Shown here in pieces: positions 34,801-49,061 of a stretch of 64,000 nucleotides of DNA. Source of the DNA: Prorocentrum cordatum. Lineage: Eukaryota. The notes beneath the pieces were generated by a model that saw only the letters and a program-made list of their open reading frames with translations, was not told the origin of the DNA and made no database searches. The stretch spans positions 992,001-1,056,000 of the forward strand of contig CAUYUJ010000002.1 of the NCBI GenBank assembly GCA_963575745.1, read 5' to 3'. How positions within the stretch are numbered: the stretch's first letter is position 1; each line of letters opens with the position of its first letter. The position numbers were made by a program, and so were the translations under genes.

Positions 34801-37530
34801 TCGTGATTTCTTCGCAACGAGAGGGGGCCGTACTGTCGGGCCAGAGCTTGGGTCTCCGGCGGCCGTTCGGGAGGATCCGGGCACCGCTGGAACGCTCTCG
34901 GCAAGGCGCAGCTGCTGGAAGGCATCCCGAGGCTGGAAGACCGACGACGACGGACGAAAACGTCAGCAAAAAATACTGAGACGAAAACGAGAACGAACAC
35001 GTATAACGTCGAAAACGAAAACGGCGACGGACGAACACGTCAGGGAAAGATGCGCTTTCTCACAGCGGGTGGAGGCGGGAGGGCCGCTCGGAGGCGCCTC
35101 GTTGCGCTGGAGCAGCAGCACCATGTCGAGCAGCAGCTGGTGGAGCCCCTGCGATGAGACGAGAGCGCGGGGGCAGCGGTCGGGCGGGGGGGCCGGGTGG
35201 GCGGAGACGGGTGGGCGGAGGCGGGCCCCGTCCCGAAACGGCCCCAAACGGTTCTCGTCCTCCTCCATCCTGCATCCTCCATGCTCCGCCCTCGTCCTCC
35301 TCCTCCCTCCTCCCTCTTCCTCTTCCCTCCGCCTTCCTGGTCCTCCCTCTTCCTCCTCCCTCTCTCCCTCCCTCCATCCCTCCCTCCTCTTTCTCCTCCG
35401 ACACATCCTCCTCATCCCTGCCTGCTCCCTCCTTCTCCTGCTCTTCCTCTTCCTCCTCCTCCTCCTCCTCCTCCTTTTCCTCCTCCTCTTCCCTCCCTCA
35501 TTATCCTCCCCCCCTCATTCCTCCCTCCTCCTCCTCCTCCCCTTCCCTCCCCCCTCTTCCTCCTCCTCCTCCGCCTCCTCCCTCCTCCCTTCTCCCCCCT
35601 CCCTCCTCCTCCGTCCCCCCTCCCCCCATGGTCACACGAGACGATGAGCGGGCACGTGACGATGAGGAGGAGGAGGAGGAGGAGGAGGAGGAGGAGGAGG
35701 AGGAGGAGCGGTGAGGAGGAGCAGCGAGGCGACAGAGGGGAGGGGCAGGAGGAGTCGCAGAAGGGGGGGAGGGTCCAGAAGCAGCGAGAGGAAACAGAGG
35801 CGCAAGACATCGGGCATGGAGGAGGACCCCGAGGAAACATAACAGAAGAAGACACGAAAGCCTAAAGAGGAACGTTCGGGGCTTTCTTGGATCCGAGCGG
35901 TACCCCCCTCCCTGGCGCGCGGAGCGCGCCGCCAGGGAGGCCCGATGCTGATCCGAGAGGTCCGCGCGGACCTCCGACACTGCATGCTTGTGCCGCTTCG
36001 TCGACAGACGGAAGAGACATACCGATCGTGAAGGGAGGGATCCACAGCCGCAATGACGCCTGCCGCCGACAGATTCGCCTCCGAGAAGCCCTGCGATCCG
36101 GTGTGGAACTCGTTGCCATTACTGTCGGCTGTGCGAACCAACGGAACAGAGGCCATGACTCCGTGCTGACTCCTGGCTGCACCAAGGTTCAATAACACGT
36201 GTTCAGAATCGGGGGCCATTCGGCAGGAGGGCAAAGAGCAGGAGCTGAGGGACAGAAAAAGAAAACCCGAACCAAGGACGAAGCAGAACAGTGACCAGGT
36301 CTGATCTGAAAGGCGGAGACAGCAATGAAGCGGGCGCAGGCCTGGTCTGTGGATGTATCGCAGGTCTCAGACAGCTTATTGAGCCCGTCCAGGATAGTCG
36401 GGGTGTACTGCATGCCAACCTCGGGCGGCCGCAGCAAAACGGAAGATAAGAGGGGCGGCCGCACTAGTTGAGCAATGGCCGACCGTCCGGGCATTCCTAT
36501 AGCCTGCCATGACATGCTCTTAGAACCTAGACATGTTCTAACAAACAAAAAACAATGAACACATGTTCCTGGAACATAGGCCGGATGTTCCAAAACAAAG
36601 AAGCCTCAGCCAAACATGTTGTAAACACAATTCGCACATAACACAAGCAATTCGTAGCACATTGTTTGGTGGGGCTATCGGCAAGTTTGGACGCTTCGCC
36701 GCTGCTCCAAGTAGAGCATGCGTTCCCCCCTCCCCGTCCTCCTGCGCCTCCTCCTCCACCTCTTCCTCCTCCTCCTCGCCCTCTTCACCACCATCATCAT
36801 CACCACCACCATCACTACAAGCATCATCGCCATCAACATCATCATGGTGATCGGTTCGCCACCCCCATCCCCATCATCGTCCACGTCCACCTCGTCCTCC
36901 TGCCACTCTGCATCCCATGGCCCTCCTCCTCTTACTCCTCATCCTCCTTCTCTTCACCCTCTTCCTCCTGTTCCTTCTCCTCCTCCTCGTCCTCGCATGT
37001 TTCGCACCTCCGAGATCGAGAGGGGGCGGGGCGCCAAGTCAAAGGGGGAAGGGAAGCAGGCCCGAGGCCGCCTTCTCGAGGTCTTGGCCCGTTACTTGCA
37101 CAACAGAGGCCGCCTTGAGGACCGAGGGTGAAATAGTCCGCTCCCTTTTTTTTGTGTTTTCTTTTTTTTCTCTCTATCTCTCTCTCTCTCTCTCTTTGCG
37201 GAAGACAGAAAGCAGACACCAGCATCAAGAAAGTATGTTTCATAATAGTTGGACTTGCGTTTTGGGCTAGCGTGAGCCCGTCCTGGCCTTCGGAATCGCA
37301 GGGGGGTGGGGAGGGTTGAAAGGCAAGCGTCGTGCAGCGCGCAGGAAGAAGGGCAGGAAACAAACAATGCAGACGGGAGGCGAAGTTGGCGGGCGTTCTC
37401 GGGAACGCGGGGACCGAAGGGAAAGATGCGGCTTCGTCCATGACCCGAGCCTCCCACTCCACCGCCGCCGCCCTCCGCGCTTCCCCCCACCCGTTTGGCC
37501 ACCCTCCCTCCCTGTCTCTTCCCCCTCCTC

Positions 37531-37725
37531 TCGGGTCGGGCGAAAGGGGGGGATAGCAAAGGGGGGGGTGAGAATCAACTCCCGTAGCTGGTTTTCCCGG
37601 CGCCTCCCGGCGCCGGAGGCGGCCCACGTATCGAGGAACGGGCCCCTCGGTGAGGCCGACACCAGCTGCGTGCAGCACATTTCCTAACCCCCCCTTTCCC
37701 CATCCCCGCCTTTCGTCCGGCCCCC
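37531..37725. mobile_element. MITE family G, second copy
   Basis: Colinear with 24242-24432; TCCTC duplication on both sides. Confidence 0.8.
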
Positions 37726-37887
37726 TCCTCCCGCCCGCCCCCCGCCCGCTCCCCGCCGCACCCCCGAGACCCTGCAAGCCCGAGGCCGGCACCCGACGAG
37801 CCCGATTCCACCACCTGGCCTCCGCGCCAGGGGGGGGGCCCGTGGCTGCCCGGCGCGGCCGGGGCCCGAGGGCGTGGCGACCTCTTA

Positions 37888-38059
37888 TCGGGAATGGACA
37901 GACCCCCCCTTAGTAAAACGTGGTTTAGTGAAAACGACCTGAGGCCCAAACCTGGCGGGCGCAAGCCTGGAAAATAACGGCAACGGCGCCCTCTCGAGAA
38001 CCGAAAACGAACCATTCACTAATCGACGTGTCACTGTTGGGGGTTCTGTCCACCCCCGA
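37888..38059. mobile_element. MITE family B, second copy
   Basis: Colinear with 14768-14929; TCTTA duplication on both sides. Confidence 0.8.
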
Positions 38060-38699
38060 TCTTAACCCTGGCCCACAAGCCCTGGCCAGTTTCCGAAGCC
38101 GTCGAAGGGCTTCGCTCCGCCCGCCTTGCCAGCGGGGGCCCTGGTGCTTGCGTCGGCTTTCTGGCGTTGCCGGTGACGAGAAGCCGGCGCCGGCGCCAAA
38201 ACCCCGCGGGAAGAGTGCAGGGCCCTGTCCCTGCGGGGGCAGAGCGGCCCAGTGGAGCCCGCAAAGCCTGAGGTTGCTAGCCTTGCTCGCCGAATTTACA
38301 AGCCATGGGGTTCGCATGGTTCAAACAACGCCCCCTTGGGCTAAGGGCGCCCCCAGGGCCCGTGGGGCTGCCATGGCCCGCGGGGCTCGCGAGGCCCAGA
38401 AAACCGACGCGGCCCTGACGACTCAGGGGGCCTCTAGGGGGGCCGCGCGGCTCGCCAGGCTCGCGCGGCCCAGTGGGCCCCTGCGCGTTGCGGCGCCCAT
38501 GTGGCCCAGGAAACCATTCTGGGACTTGTGGGGCTTAGGGGGCTGGCGAGGTTCGCGCGGCCCACGGGTGCGCGCGGCCCATGGAAATCCTAGAAAGTTC
38601 ATTGGGGGAAATAGAAAAGGCCCGCGTTGCTCCCACGCGCGCAAGGCTGACATTCATCGACGCGGGACACGTGGGCCCGAAAAGACGGGCGACGGTATT

Positions 38700-39600
38700 C
38701 AATAGAGGTCCGTGATCTCGACGTCCTCAAGGTCCTCGATGCTGAAGAGGTTACCGAAGAGGTTACCATCGTCCACCTGGATGTCCAGGCGGGGCGTGGC
38801 CGCCTGGTCCTTGCCAGCCGCATCGCCAGCTCCTGGAAACACCACTGCGTTGTGAGCTTGCGGACCGCCTCCTGGTAGCGTCCAGTTCGAGCTCGCAGCG
38901 GTCCGCGGTGCAACCTGCCTCTTCCACGTGGCGCGCGGGCCGCTGTAGCGGGCGTTGGCGCGGCGAAGGGCATCCTCCGCCTCGCTCTGCTGCTGGCGAG
39001 CCGATGGAGACCGCCTCCGAAGTGGCCAGTTTGGCACGACGTTCGGCCAGCTTGGCCTCGTAGGCTGCTGCGCCAGCGGCGTCGCCAGTCTCGCGGAGGG
39101 GCTCCACCAGCTTGGCCAGCCGCTCTTCTTCGGGGCATGACCTCCCCTGGCCTCCCGCGCCTACAGGACCCACTGGTTCGATCTCTTCGGGACAGAGGTC
39201 GCAGTCCACCGAGGTCGAGCGACGAGCGGCGACGCTGGGCTGGTCGCAGGCCGTGCCCCAAAGCGGTGCTCCACCACGGCCTGGGGCTGTGGAGCGGCCC
39301 CAGCGCCCAGGCTGCTTGGGCCGCTGCGGTGGCGCAGGAAAGCGGGCCCAACCAGTAGGAGCCAGAAGAGCCTTGCAGTGTTTGCACCAGCGCCACCAGT
39401 GTTGGATACTTCTTGGCGCAGCCGCAGCCCGAACACCTGACCAGGCTGGGCTGCTGCTGCTGCTGTTGCTGCTGCGGCTGCGGCTGCGGCTGCTGCGGCT
39501 GCGACTGCTGGTGGCCATCTCGCAGCGCAACCTGCATGTAGTGCGCCTGCTGCTTGGCCTCCCCGCGGTGTCGGGCCAGCAGGCGACGCGCCGCGTCGCA
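38700..39600 (-). pseudogene. Decayed ORF with Cys cluster and coiled-coil, possibly a non-LTR ORF1 remnant
   Basis: Across frameshifts: VRCSGCGCAKKY / WWRWCKHCKA, then EEERLAKLVEPLRETGDAAGAAAYEAKLAERRAK, then an acidic end. Confidence 0.35.
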
Positions 39601-42445
39601 GCGGAGGAGGTGCCGAGCCTCGGCGCGATGCCTCCGCTGCCGACCATGCCACGCGGGCGAGGGCGAACGACCCCCTGGTGCCCGTGTTCGATCACCGCCG
39701 CCCGCGGCCGCGGGATGTCGGCCGGGGCTTTCGCGCGGCGGGCCCCCCCAAGGCCCCCCAAGGCCCCCCTCAGCCAGAGCGCCTCGCCCTCCTCCCCCCC
39801 CCTCTTCCCCCACTCTCTCCTCTTGCTCCTCCTCCTCCTCCTCCTCCTCCTCCTCGCCCTCCGCATTATTCTCCTCCTCCTCCTTCTTTCCAAGACTCTG
39901 CCCCCTGCTGGCCCTGCTGCTGATCCCGGCGGCCCCGAGCGAATCCCCACTCTCGTCCTCGCCACCGTCCCCATCACATGAAGACAACTCCAGATCGAGA
40001 TATGTCTGGAATCTCCCAGAGCTCGCGGGGTCGACGGATGTATCCTGCACCTTGGCCTTCTCAGAGCGCTCGGGAACGAGAGCACTCCAGAACGCTCTTG
40101 AGCCATGTATTTTCATCCTGCGCCTGTATGACCCGTATCGCTACGCCTCATCGTTTTCGTCGCTAGCATCCTCCTCCTACTCCTGCACGTCGTGGAACTC
40201 AAATAAACGACCCCTCGTTCGCTTGGCACCACGTGGCGATGGTGATATCTGGTGCCACACACCGCTGATTTCTTCGCGTCGTCACTGTAAAGACTCAATG
40301 TATTTACGCTGTACCCATATACACACAAGTGTTTTGACATCGTTCTGAACGTCCATGACTGATGCGTATCCTCCACCTCTTCATTCTCCTGATCCGCCTC
40401 ACTCAACCCCGCCCCGCCCCGCGCTGCAACTCCCGCCTGCAATTTGACCGCCGAGCAGTACGCGTACGGGTCCTCGAGTGAGGCGCCGATCGCTCTCCCC
40501 CCCACTGCGCCGTTCACGCGAGGCAGTCCCCATGGAGGGGGAGGGATACCCGACGAAAGGGAGGAGAGGGGAGGGACCCGAGGTGGGTCGGAGGTGCAAC
40601 TGGAGAGGGGTAGTGGAAGGAAAAGAAGGGAGGGATGGAGGGGAGGGAGGGAGGGGGGACGGTGGGGGGAGGATTGGAAAAAGGGCGGGGGGGAGGGATG
40701 GGGAAGGGGCGGAAGGAGTGGAGGGACGGAAAAGGAGGGAGCGGACGGAGGGGGGAGAGCGGGAAAGAGGGGCGCGGGGGGGGGGCAGTGAGGGGACAGG
40801 ACAGGACAGGAGCGCGCTGAGTCCGCCGGTCGGCCGGCGGGCCCCCTAGGAGCAGCGCGGGTGGGCTGGAGCCCGGTTATTGCATGTGGTGGAGGAAGGC
40901 GTCTTCCCTGCAGTCCTATAATTTCTGGTCACAAGCATAATCTAACCAATGTTTGGTGATACTCCCAGTGGTAATTGTATAAGCTGTGATATGTCGTCGC
41001 ACCACCGCTTGCGTTGTCGTCCATGTCTCCGCTGTGCTATTCGATTGTCGTGGACTTCCGGCTCCCACGCTGCCGCAAGCCTTGTCCATCTAAGGTTCGA
41101 GTGTGTTGCCACTCGCTTTGCCCACCGCCATTTTCGTCTGTATTATACTGTTGTCCACTCGTCCACGTGAAAGCGGGCAGCGAGATCTGCAGCCGCATGT
41201 GTGGCCGCGCGTGAAAGCGGGTAGTGAGGGGGAGTGTATTCAAATCCTCCCCCTCCGACGAGCGCGACTCATTCTCCTTCTGCTCCTCCTGCTCCTCCTC
41301 CTCCTCCTCCTCCTCGCGCTGCGTCAACGTCGGCGGGGTGGAGCGCGGACATTGGCTGCGTGCTCCTCCTCCTCCTCCGCCTCCTCCGTCCTCCGTCCTC
41401 CTCCTTCTCCTGTTTCCTCTCTCCTCTCTCCTCTCTCACTATCCACCTCCGCGTGCGTCTTCCCCAGAGCCTGGCATCGCTCGGACGTGTGTGTTTTGCT
41501 CTCCGCGAGGACCGTCGAGGAGCACCCTGGATCCTCTGGCCCAGAAGAGCACACGCGAAACCAAGACGCATGCCGGTGGCGACGACGGCCTCCCAGAAGG
41601 TCCCCCAAAAGCGAAAACGAGCCAAGGGTGACAGTTGCGGTACAGTCGGACCCAGGCCAGAATAACGCCCTTCAAGAACACGAGACCCTCCGTCGGCCAA
41701 ACACACTGAACATCCAAGGGCACCCTCCCCAGGACGCACAACAACGTCCAATAAGCACGGAGAACATCAGGGTACCCTCCCCGAACCGACTCCGATCTCA
41801 TGCCTCGGTCCGGCTGTACCTGTCCATCCTCCTCCCCTCCTCCTCCCCCCTCCCTCCTCCCGACGACGAGCGCGGCTCCTCCTCTTCCTCCTCCTCCTCC
41901 TCCTTCTGCTCCTCCTCCTCCTCCTCCTCCTCTGCTCCTCCTCCTCCTCCTCCTCCTCCTCCTCCTTCTCCCCTCCCTCCTCCCGACGACCAGCGCGGCT
42001 CCTCCTGCCTCCTCCTCCTCCTCTCCTCCTCCTCCTCCTCTCCTCCTCCTCCTCCTCCTCCTCCTCCTCCTCCTCCTCCTCCTCCTCCTCCCCTCCTCCT
42101 CCAAAACAAGGCTAGGATCGGGATAAATCGCTCCAGAGCGTTCCGGAGCGCTCTCAGAGCGTTCCGGAACGCTCTGGAGCGGCCGCGGCGCCCAATACAT
42201 CCTCCAAACCCGCCGATTCTCAGAGATTTCGAGTTATCCCGATCCGATTTTGTCCCGATCTTCGCGTCGTTTGACCTCCTCCTCCTCCTTCTCCCCTCCT
42301 CCTCCCGACGACCAGCGCGGCTCCTCCTCCTCCCACGGCCAGCCGCGCATGGCCACGCCGCCCCACCTGCGGGGCTGCGGCGCGAGGCCGGCGCCGCGAG
42401 CCCCGTGGCCTCGCGGGGGACGACGGCGACGACGACGGCGACGCC

Positions 42446-42491
<46 letters not shown>

Positions 42492-42546
42492 ACGACGACG
42501 CCGACGACGACGCCGACGCCGATGCCGACGCCGACGCCGACGCTGA

Positions 42547-42578
<32 letters not shown>

Positions 42579-42769
42579 AAGATGAGGGGACCAGCGGGAA
42601 CGAGGAAAAGCTGCACCACCCTCACCAGCCCGAGGATGTGCGAGGAGCCCAAGGGGGTCTTTCCTGGTGGTGTGGCCCCCCCTCCCCGCTCGAAGCATCA
42701 ACATCCCCGGGTCGCGGAGGCACCTTGGACCTCCTCGCTGGAGGCGGCACCCCTGGTTGTGGTTTTGGA

Positions 42770-43200
42770 GTCGCGAGACGGTGCGGTGACAGACCGTGCG
42801 GTGACCTCGAAATCCCCCAAGACCTCACCGCACGGTCTGTCACCGCACGGTCTTGGGACCTCGGAGGCCCCTGTCGCCCGAGACGTCCTCGGAGAGAGAC
42901 CCGAGTGCCAAAACCGTGCGGTGACCCCGAACCCCACCGACTCACCACACGGTGTGGTCACCACCCCGGTTTGGGGGCACCCGAGTGGTGCCGCTTCCCT
43001 TTCCTGCTAAACGGGGCGTGCGCTGATCCCATTGAGGCAGGGCTGGGGTGGCCATCTGGCGGAGAGGCCTTCCCTTCCAGCAGCGCATCGCATGTCCCCC
43101 AAGCCTTTGGGCCTCAGTGATTTTCCTGCGGTTACCTCGAATCCCCACCGACTCACCACACGGTGTGGTCACCACCCCGTTTGGGGGCCCCCGAGTGGTG
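42770..43200. repeat. Family A copy with perfect 24-bp hairpin and duplicated 3' part
   Basis: Arms 42781-42804 and 42825-42848 are exact reverse complements; the 3' segment is repeated near 42933 and 43143. Confidence 0.9.
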
Positions 43201-44019
43201 CCGCTCCCCTTGCCTGCGAAGTGGGGCGTGCGCTGATCCCCTCGAGGCAGGGCTGGGGAGGACAGCTGGCGGAGAGGCCTTTCCAGCTGGCGGAGAGGCC
43301 TTCCCTTCCAGCAGCGCGTGTCCCCCAAGCCTTTCGGCCTCAGGGATTTTCCTGTCGGGCGGCCGGCTTCGCGCAAGCGTAAGAGTGACCCCACAACCCT
43401 CGACCAAGTCAACCTCACAGGTTGTTGGCGCGCCCCTTCGATGCCGCCCCCAATCGCCTACTCGATGTCGCCCCCTTCGATGTCGAATCAGTGCGAAACG
43501 CGGTCTGGGCCAGCGCGGCTCGGGGATAAGGTGCGCCAACAAATACTTCGCACACAATGTCACCCATACCCGGAACATCCAATATCCGCCACCCAAGAGG
43601 CGTGTCCTCAGGTCCTTTGCTCGGGGGCGGCGGCCCAGAGGGGGGCGTCCAAGAGGGAGGGGCGCAGATCATGGCCGGCGGCATGTGCGCGGCCCATGGG
43701 GGGGGGGGGGGGCAGGGACGCACTGAAACAAGAAGGGGCGCCGTGAAACCTGGGGAGATATCATGGCCCCCGCCATGATATCCACCCCCCCTAGCCTTTG
43801 AACGTCCGTGCCGATAATTCTTGGGCATCGTAACCATTCTTTCCGTACCAATTTTGTTCGTGCCGTTACTCATCACCCCCTCTCTGCCGCCCCCGATCTT
43901 CCTGCCTGCCCAGAAGGGCTCCAACAGGACACTCAGGAGGCCAAACACACGGTTTTCGTAAGGTTTTTGTATGTTGTTTGGGTTCTCGCCTTTTCGGGTC
44001 TCCGACGGTCTAGAGAGGC

Positions 44020-44177
44020 ACAGGTCGGGCATGTGCCACTACAAACAGATTTTGGACGAAAAATAAAAGATACTCGGAAAATACGTAAACAAAAATCGAA
44101 AATAACAAAACATCGTCCCCAGACTATTCTTCTACTATTTTTGAACATTCCTCCTGTAGAGGGACATGCCCGACTTA
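44020..44177. mobile_element. MITE family E copy
   Basis: Same TIRs; flanks TAGAGAGGC/AAGAGAGGC (8/9). Confidence 0.85.
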
Positions 44178-45299
44178 AAGAGAGGCTCTCATGTGGGCCC
44201 TTCGCGATTCCTCCACGTCGGGGTCAAATCTTATCCAATGTCAGTCTCGATCCCTCCCCGTCGGCGCCAGACTGTCGGGCCAGAACCCAAGTCTCCGGTG
44301 TCAGTCCGCGGTGGCCGGGGCAGCCCCAGAACGCTCCGCCGCAGGAAGGCACCTCGAGGCTGGGAAACCTACGGGGGCCGACGAAGCCGTCCGGAAGCCT
44401 CGAACCGCCCCGGCTCTCTCGGGGCATCGAGTCGTGCCATGCGCCGGAGCGCGTGGGCAAAGGGCCCGACAATGCGCCTGTTTCTCCCCGCTTCGTGGGA
44501 GCGGCGGCGTGCCAGCACGATAGCATGAATTCGCATCGCTTGCTCGTTGGCTCCTGGGTGCGTGCGGAGGGGAGGCAAGGGGGGTGGAAGGGCGGCGGAA
44601 ACGAGGGGGGCGAAGGGGAGGACGGGGGTGAAAGGGGGTGGAAGGGGGGAGGAAGGGGGAGGACGGGGAGGGAGAGGAAGAGGAAGGGGGAGGACGGGGA
44701 GGAGGAAGGGGGAGACGGGGAGGAGGAAGGGGGAGGACGGGGGAGGGGCGTGGAAGGGGAGGAGGGGGGGGGAAGGGGGAGCAAGGGGGAGGGGGGGGAA
44801 AGGGCAGGGGGAAGCAAGGGCGACGAAATCAGGACACGCGCTGCGCAGGGATGGAGGGCGGCGCAGCTCGGGCGGCGGGCCGCGCGCCTGCGCTGGCCGG
44901 CCGCAGCGGCCGCCCGCGCGCCTGGCGCGGCCGCCGCTGCGCGCCCCGCCCGCCCCGCCCCGCCCAAGGGCTCCTGCTGTCGGGCGGGGCAGGCCCCTGA
45001 AGAGGCAGGGGGAGAAGGAGGCGAGGAGGAGGCGGGAGGAGGGGTAGGAGGAGGGGAGGAGGAGGAGGAGGAGGAGGAGGAGGGGGGGTGGAGGAGGAGG
45101 CGGAGGAGGAGGAGGGGAGGAGGAGGGGTAGGAGGAGGAGGAGGAGGAGGAGGGGGGAGGAGGAGGAGGAGGAGGAGGATCAGCAGGAGGCGGGAGGAGA
45201 AGGAGGCGGAAGAGGAGGAGAAGGGGGTGGAGGAGGAGGAGGAGGAGGAGGAGGAGGAGGAGGAGGAGGAGGAGGAGGAGGAGGAAGGGTTGGACCCGT

Positions 45300-46700
45300 G
45301 CAAACCAAAACCACACTATCGGGGTTGCAATAAGCTTTCCGTCTTCATGCGCTCCTGCATGATACTTTCATTGTGGGGAATGCTCCATTGGACGACAATT
45401 GATTGAGAATCTCCAATCGTGCCAGAACGCCATTCCCTGGACTTTAGCGCTGCAAGTCAACGTGACCGTTGTGTCCTGGCAATCCCAAAATTTACTAGGA
45501 CGAATTTCCTGGGACTTCAACACCTCGAATCAACATGACTGTTGCGTCCTAGATATCCGAAATCGTGCCAGAACACAATGACAGATACTCCAATCACCCA
45601 AATTCTTGACACTGCTGCAAACTTTGAGACGAACGTGCGCGGCGCCAAAGCGAGAGCCACATTTTGAAAACGGGCCGCTCCCCGCCCTGCATCTTCGAAG
45701 CAGTTGCGCAATTGAAACACGAAAGCGCGCAGAGCTGAAACGACAACCGCATTTTGACCACCACCCGCCCTACATCCGTGAAGCTGTTCCACGTGCCAGT
45801 CTTCAAAATCATCAGTGGTGGGGAAATCTGATCGAAACGCCCAGCCCGCTGTACCGACTCGTCAGAGGGTGCGACACGGAGGGGGACGAGGAAGAGGGCA
45901 CAAACGGAGAGGGAGAGGATGAACAGGAGGACCTGTGCAAATCCAAGACGCATCAACGATTTTGCAATAACCCTTCCCTCCAATTGTTCTTCCTCTTCAC
46001 ACGCTGGGTCCCTACAAATATTCTCTTCGACAAGGGAAAATGCCTCTTTGGAAGACAACCGTTTGAACATCCGGACCTGTACCAGAAAACCATTCCTTGG
46101 ACTTCTACGCCGCGAATCACTGTTACGTCTTGCCGATCATGAATCGTGTCACGCACTGTTCCTGAATCGACACAACTGTTGCGCCCTGACAGTCCGACAT
46201 CGTGCCAAAACACCACTTCTGGGACGGTGAGTGCGAGAATCCTTGAATCTGAACAAGCCCTAAAAAGAATACGCGCGGTGCTAATGCGAAAACCACATTC
46301 TGAAAAGGAACCGCCCTCCATCCGCGAAGCTCTTGCAGCTTTTTGGAAACGAAGGTGCACAGCGCCAAGACGAGAACCACCTTTTTCTAAACATGACCGC
46401 CCTCTTTGCCTGAAACTGTTGTAAGATCTCGAAACGAATGCGCGCGGCGCGAATGTGATAACCACACTTTGAACAATCATCGCCCTCCATCCGTGAACCT
46501 CTTGCAAATCTTTAAAGACGAGTCTGCGCGGCGCTGGAGCGATGGCCACATTTTGAAAACGACCCGCCCTCCGTACACGAAGCTCTCCATGTTTCACAAG
46601 GAATGTGCGCGGCACCACGACGAGAACCATGTTTTGCAACGCGCCCGCCCTCCATCCGTGAAGCTCTTGCACATTTTCAGCTGCGGGATCATGCAAGGTG
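45300..46700 (+). repeat. Family D, two adjacent degenerate copies
   Basis: About 70-bp GGACTT..ACGCCGCGAATCA...GAATCGTGCCAGAAC units followed by about 79-bp GCGCGGCGC..AGCCACATTTTGAAA units, twice. Confidence 0.8.
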
Positions 46701-47289
46701 AGGAGGTCTCACGCGAAACGCCGGGCCCGCACCGCTGACATGCTTCGGGGTGCGACGGGGAGGAGTTGTTGGTAAGGCAGCGGCTGGAGGAGGAGGAGGC
46801 GGAAGAGGAGGAGGAGGAGGAGGAGGAGGAGCAAGAGGGAGGGAGAGAGAGACAGAGAAGGAACGCGCGACAGAGGGAGTCGGGTCACTCCGCCCAGCGC
46901 GCTGCCGCGGCCGCGCACGGGGGAGGGAGGACGAGGGTGGTCCCACCCCCCGTCCGAGGACGGCGTCGGGCGACCCGAGAGCATGGGCTGCGTGATCCGC
47001 CTAGCTCTTGTAGTCCCGGGTCGTCCACGCTACCTGGTCGGACGCGTCCGTCACGGGTAGCCAACCAAACTGGTGCAAACAGAGCAACCTGCGTGCAATT
47101 CTTACGAACAAAGGTCTGTCAGAGTCTCTGCCCAGCCGCGCTCTTCCCGATGCGAGCTCCGCAATGACATGACAGTCAACATGCACCCACAACCGCTGGG
47201 TTCCAGAGCCCCATGCGCTGTCCAACGGGAGTCCAAGAAACGGTGGAAGACACTCCAGGACTGCAAAGTTCCGTAGACATGGCGCCGGA

Positions 47290-48320
47290 GAGATGGGTCA
47301 CCCACGGAAGCGAGCCGCGCCGGGCTGCCGTGGTAAATGCCATAAGTCGCACGCTGCGTTGACAAAGTCAAAACAACCACGCATCCAAGCTGCCAGCGAA
47401 CCAGTCGCGCCCCGTGCGGCTCTCCAATGGCTTCCAAGCAGTTCCGCGAAAACGAACTCCCATGGTGTAGGTTGCTGGCCACTGTGCCTGTGACTGTAAC
47501 CCTCGCGTTTCCGTTTCCTTTTGACCCCCACTGCCAGAACGGTATCCCGCCACGCCTGGGATCGCTACGTGCGCGCCCATGCCTCTGGCCGCTCGCCAAA
47601 GTGGCGTGGCGACGAGTCCTCAATCCAGGCTGCCTTGTGAAGGCTGCCGGCACGCGATGGTATACTGGTCTCAACGAGGCCTTTTGCGGCCTTTTGGAAC
47701 CACGTGAAGATCTGTGAGGCCGATCGTTTGATAAAAGATGCCCTGCTCTCCGCTGGCCTCAACTTCATCCAGAACAAACATGTGTCGCATGTAACATGCC
47801 CGGAGAGATCGCAGCACGCCTCCCGTCACATGCCACATCTGGCAGCCGAACACTGCCGCAGTGGATGGTGAGTCGTGCCACGCCCTGAGTCGTGGGAGGG
47901 CGGGCATGCGAACGCGGAGCACTCGCAGGTGGGAGAAGATGATCGCGTCTGCCGCACTCTGCCGGTGAACCTGGATCTGGTTGGCGGAGCCCTGGGCGTC
48001 GAGGACATCGCCAAGGATCGTCATCTCCTTCACAATCGTATACTTCAAGAGGGTAGCCTGCTGAAGCATCTCAAAAGAGGGCAATTGCTCATCCACAAGA
48101 GTGCCTCCAGCCAACACCTTGAGGGAGGATGGTTTCCATCGCAGGCGCCTCGCGTTGATCGCTGTAGCCAACTCGGTCGACATGGTCTGCATCATCGCCA
48201 GGTCCGACGCGAAAATGAAAATGTTGGCCGCCCATAGTGCATGCGACTTGCATCGCGTGACCCCCGGAACATCCAGTTGCAAGCCCATTCCTCTCAGAGC
48301 CCAAGAACGAACAAGCGGTT
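47290..48320 (-). pseudogene. Non-LTR (LINE) reverse transcriptase C-terminal fragment, decayed
   Basis: SHALWAANIFIFA (YADD-position motif, mutated), LRWKPSSL, EMTILG, then W-rich C-terminal motifs in shifted frames. Confidence 0.65.
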
Positions 48321-49061
48321 CGAAAACATGATCAACGACGCCATTACATTCCTCTGGCGTCTCTACCCCCCCTTGTTTGCCGCCCTATTGTGCTCAAAGG
48401 GATCGGTCGTGCCTGCTCCTGGCAGGGTTATGGCGGCTTTCTGCCCAATAAGCTCCCCCTATGATAGTGGTCGCCGGCTGTGCCGTCGCCCCGCGCGCGC
48501 GCAACGCTTCCACGATGAGGGGGTGCTCCATTGGGTCGAAGGCCGTGGCCACGTCCTGGGAGGATACCAACACATGGCAGTCCCAGACGTGGTCCCCTGG
48601 TCGCACTGTGGGCCTCCAGAGGTCTGGACCCCTTCCAGGGGACTGGCTTTTCATCCCGCATCGTTGTTTGACGGGCCAGGGCCCCAAGAACCCCGAACGG
48701 CCCAAAACTTCCGTCGTTGTTTCACGACGCGAGAGGTCTGGGTCCCCTCCTCCTCCTTCTCCTCCTCCTCCTCCTTCTCTTCCTCCTCCTCCTCTGGCTC
48801 CTGTTGGTCCTCCTGTGGCGGCGCACACAAGCGGGTAGGGGGAAAGGGGGAGGCTTCTTGGAAGGAGGCCGCTTCTGAAAAGGCGCCGGCCCGACATCTA
48901 GAGAGAAGGCCCACGCCTTCTGAGAAGCAGGGGTGCCTCCAAGAAGCCTCCCCCCCCTCCCCCGACCCCCCCTCTCTGCGCGTGGCTGGCTCCTGGCTCT
49001 TCTCTGGCCCGCTCTGGCCTCCCTTGGCCTGTCTGCAGGCCCTTCCCCTTCAAGGCTGGCA

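Noticed and set aside
41103..45406. 635-aa and 532-aa ORFs
   Set aside because: They run across several unrelated repeats and CCT/GGA tracts with no coherent protein.
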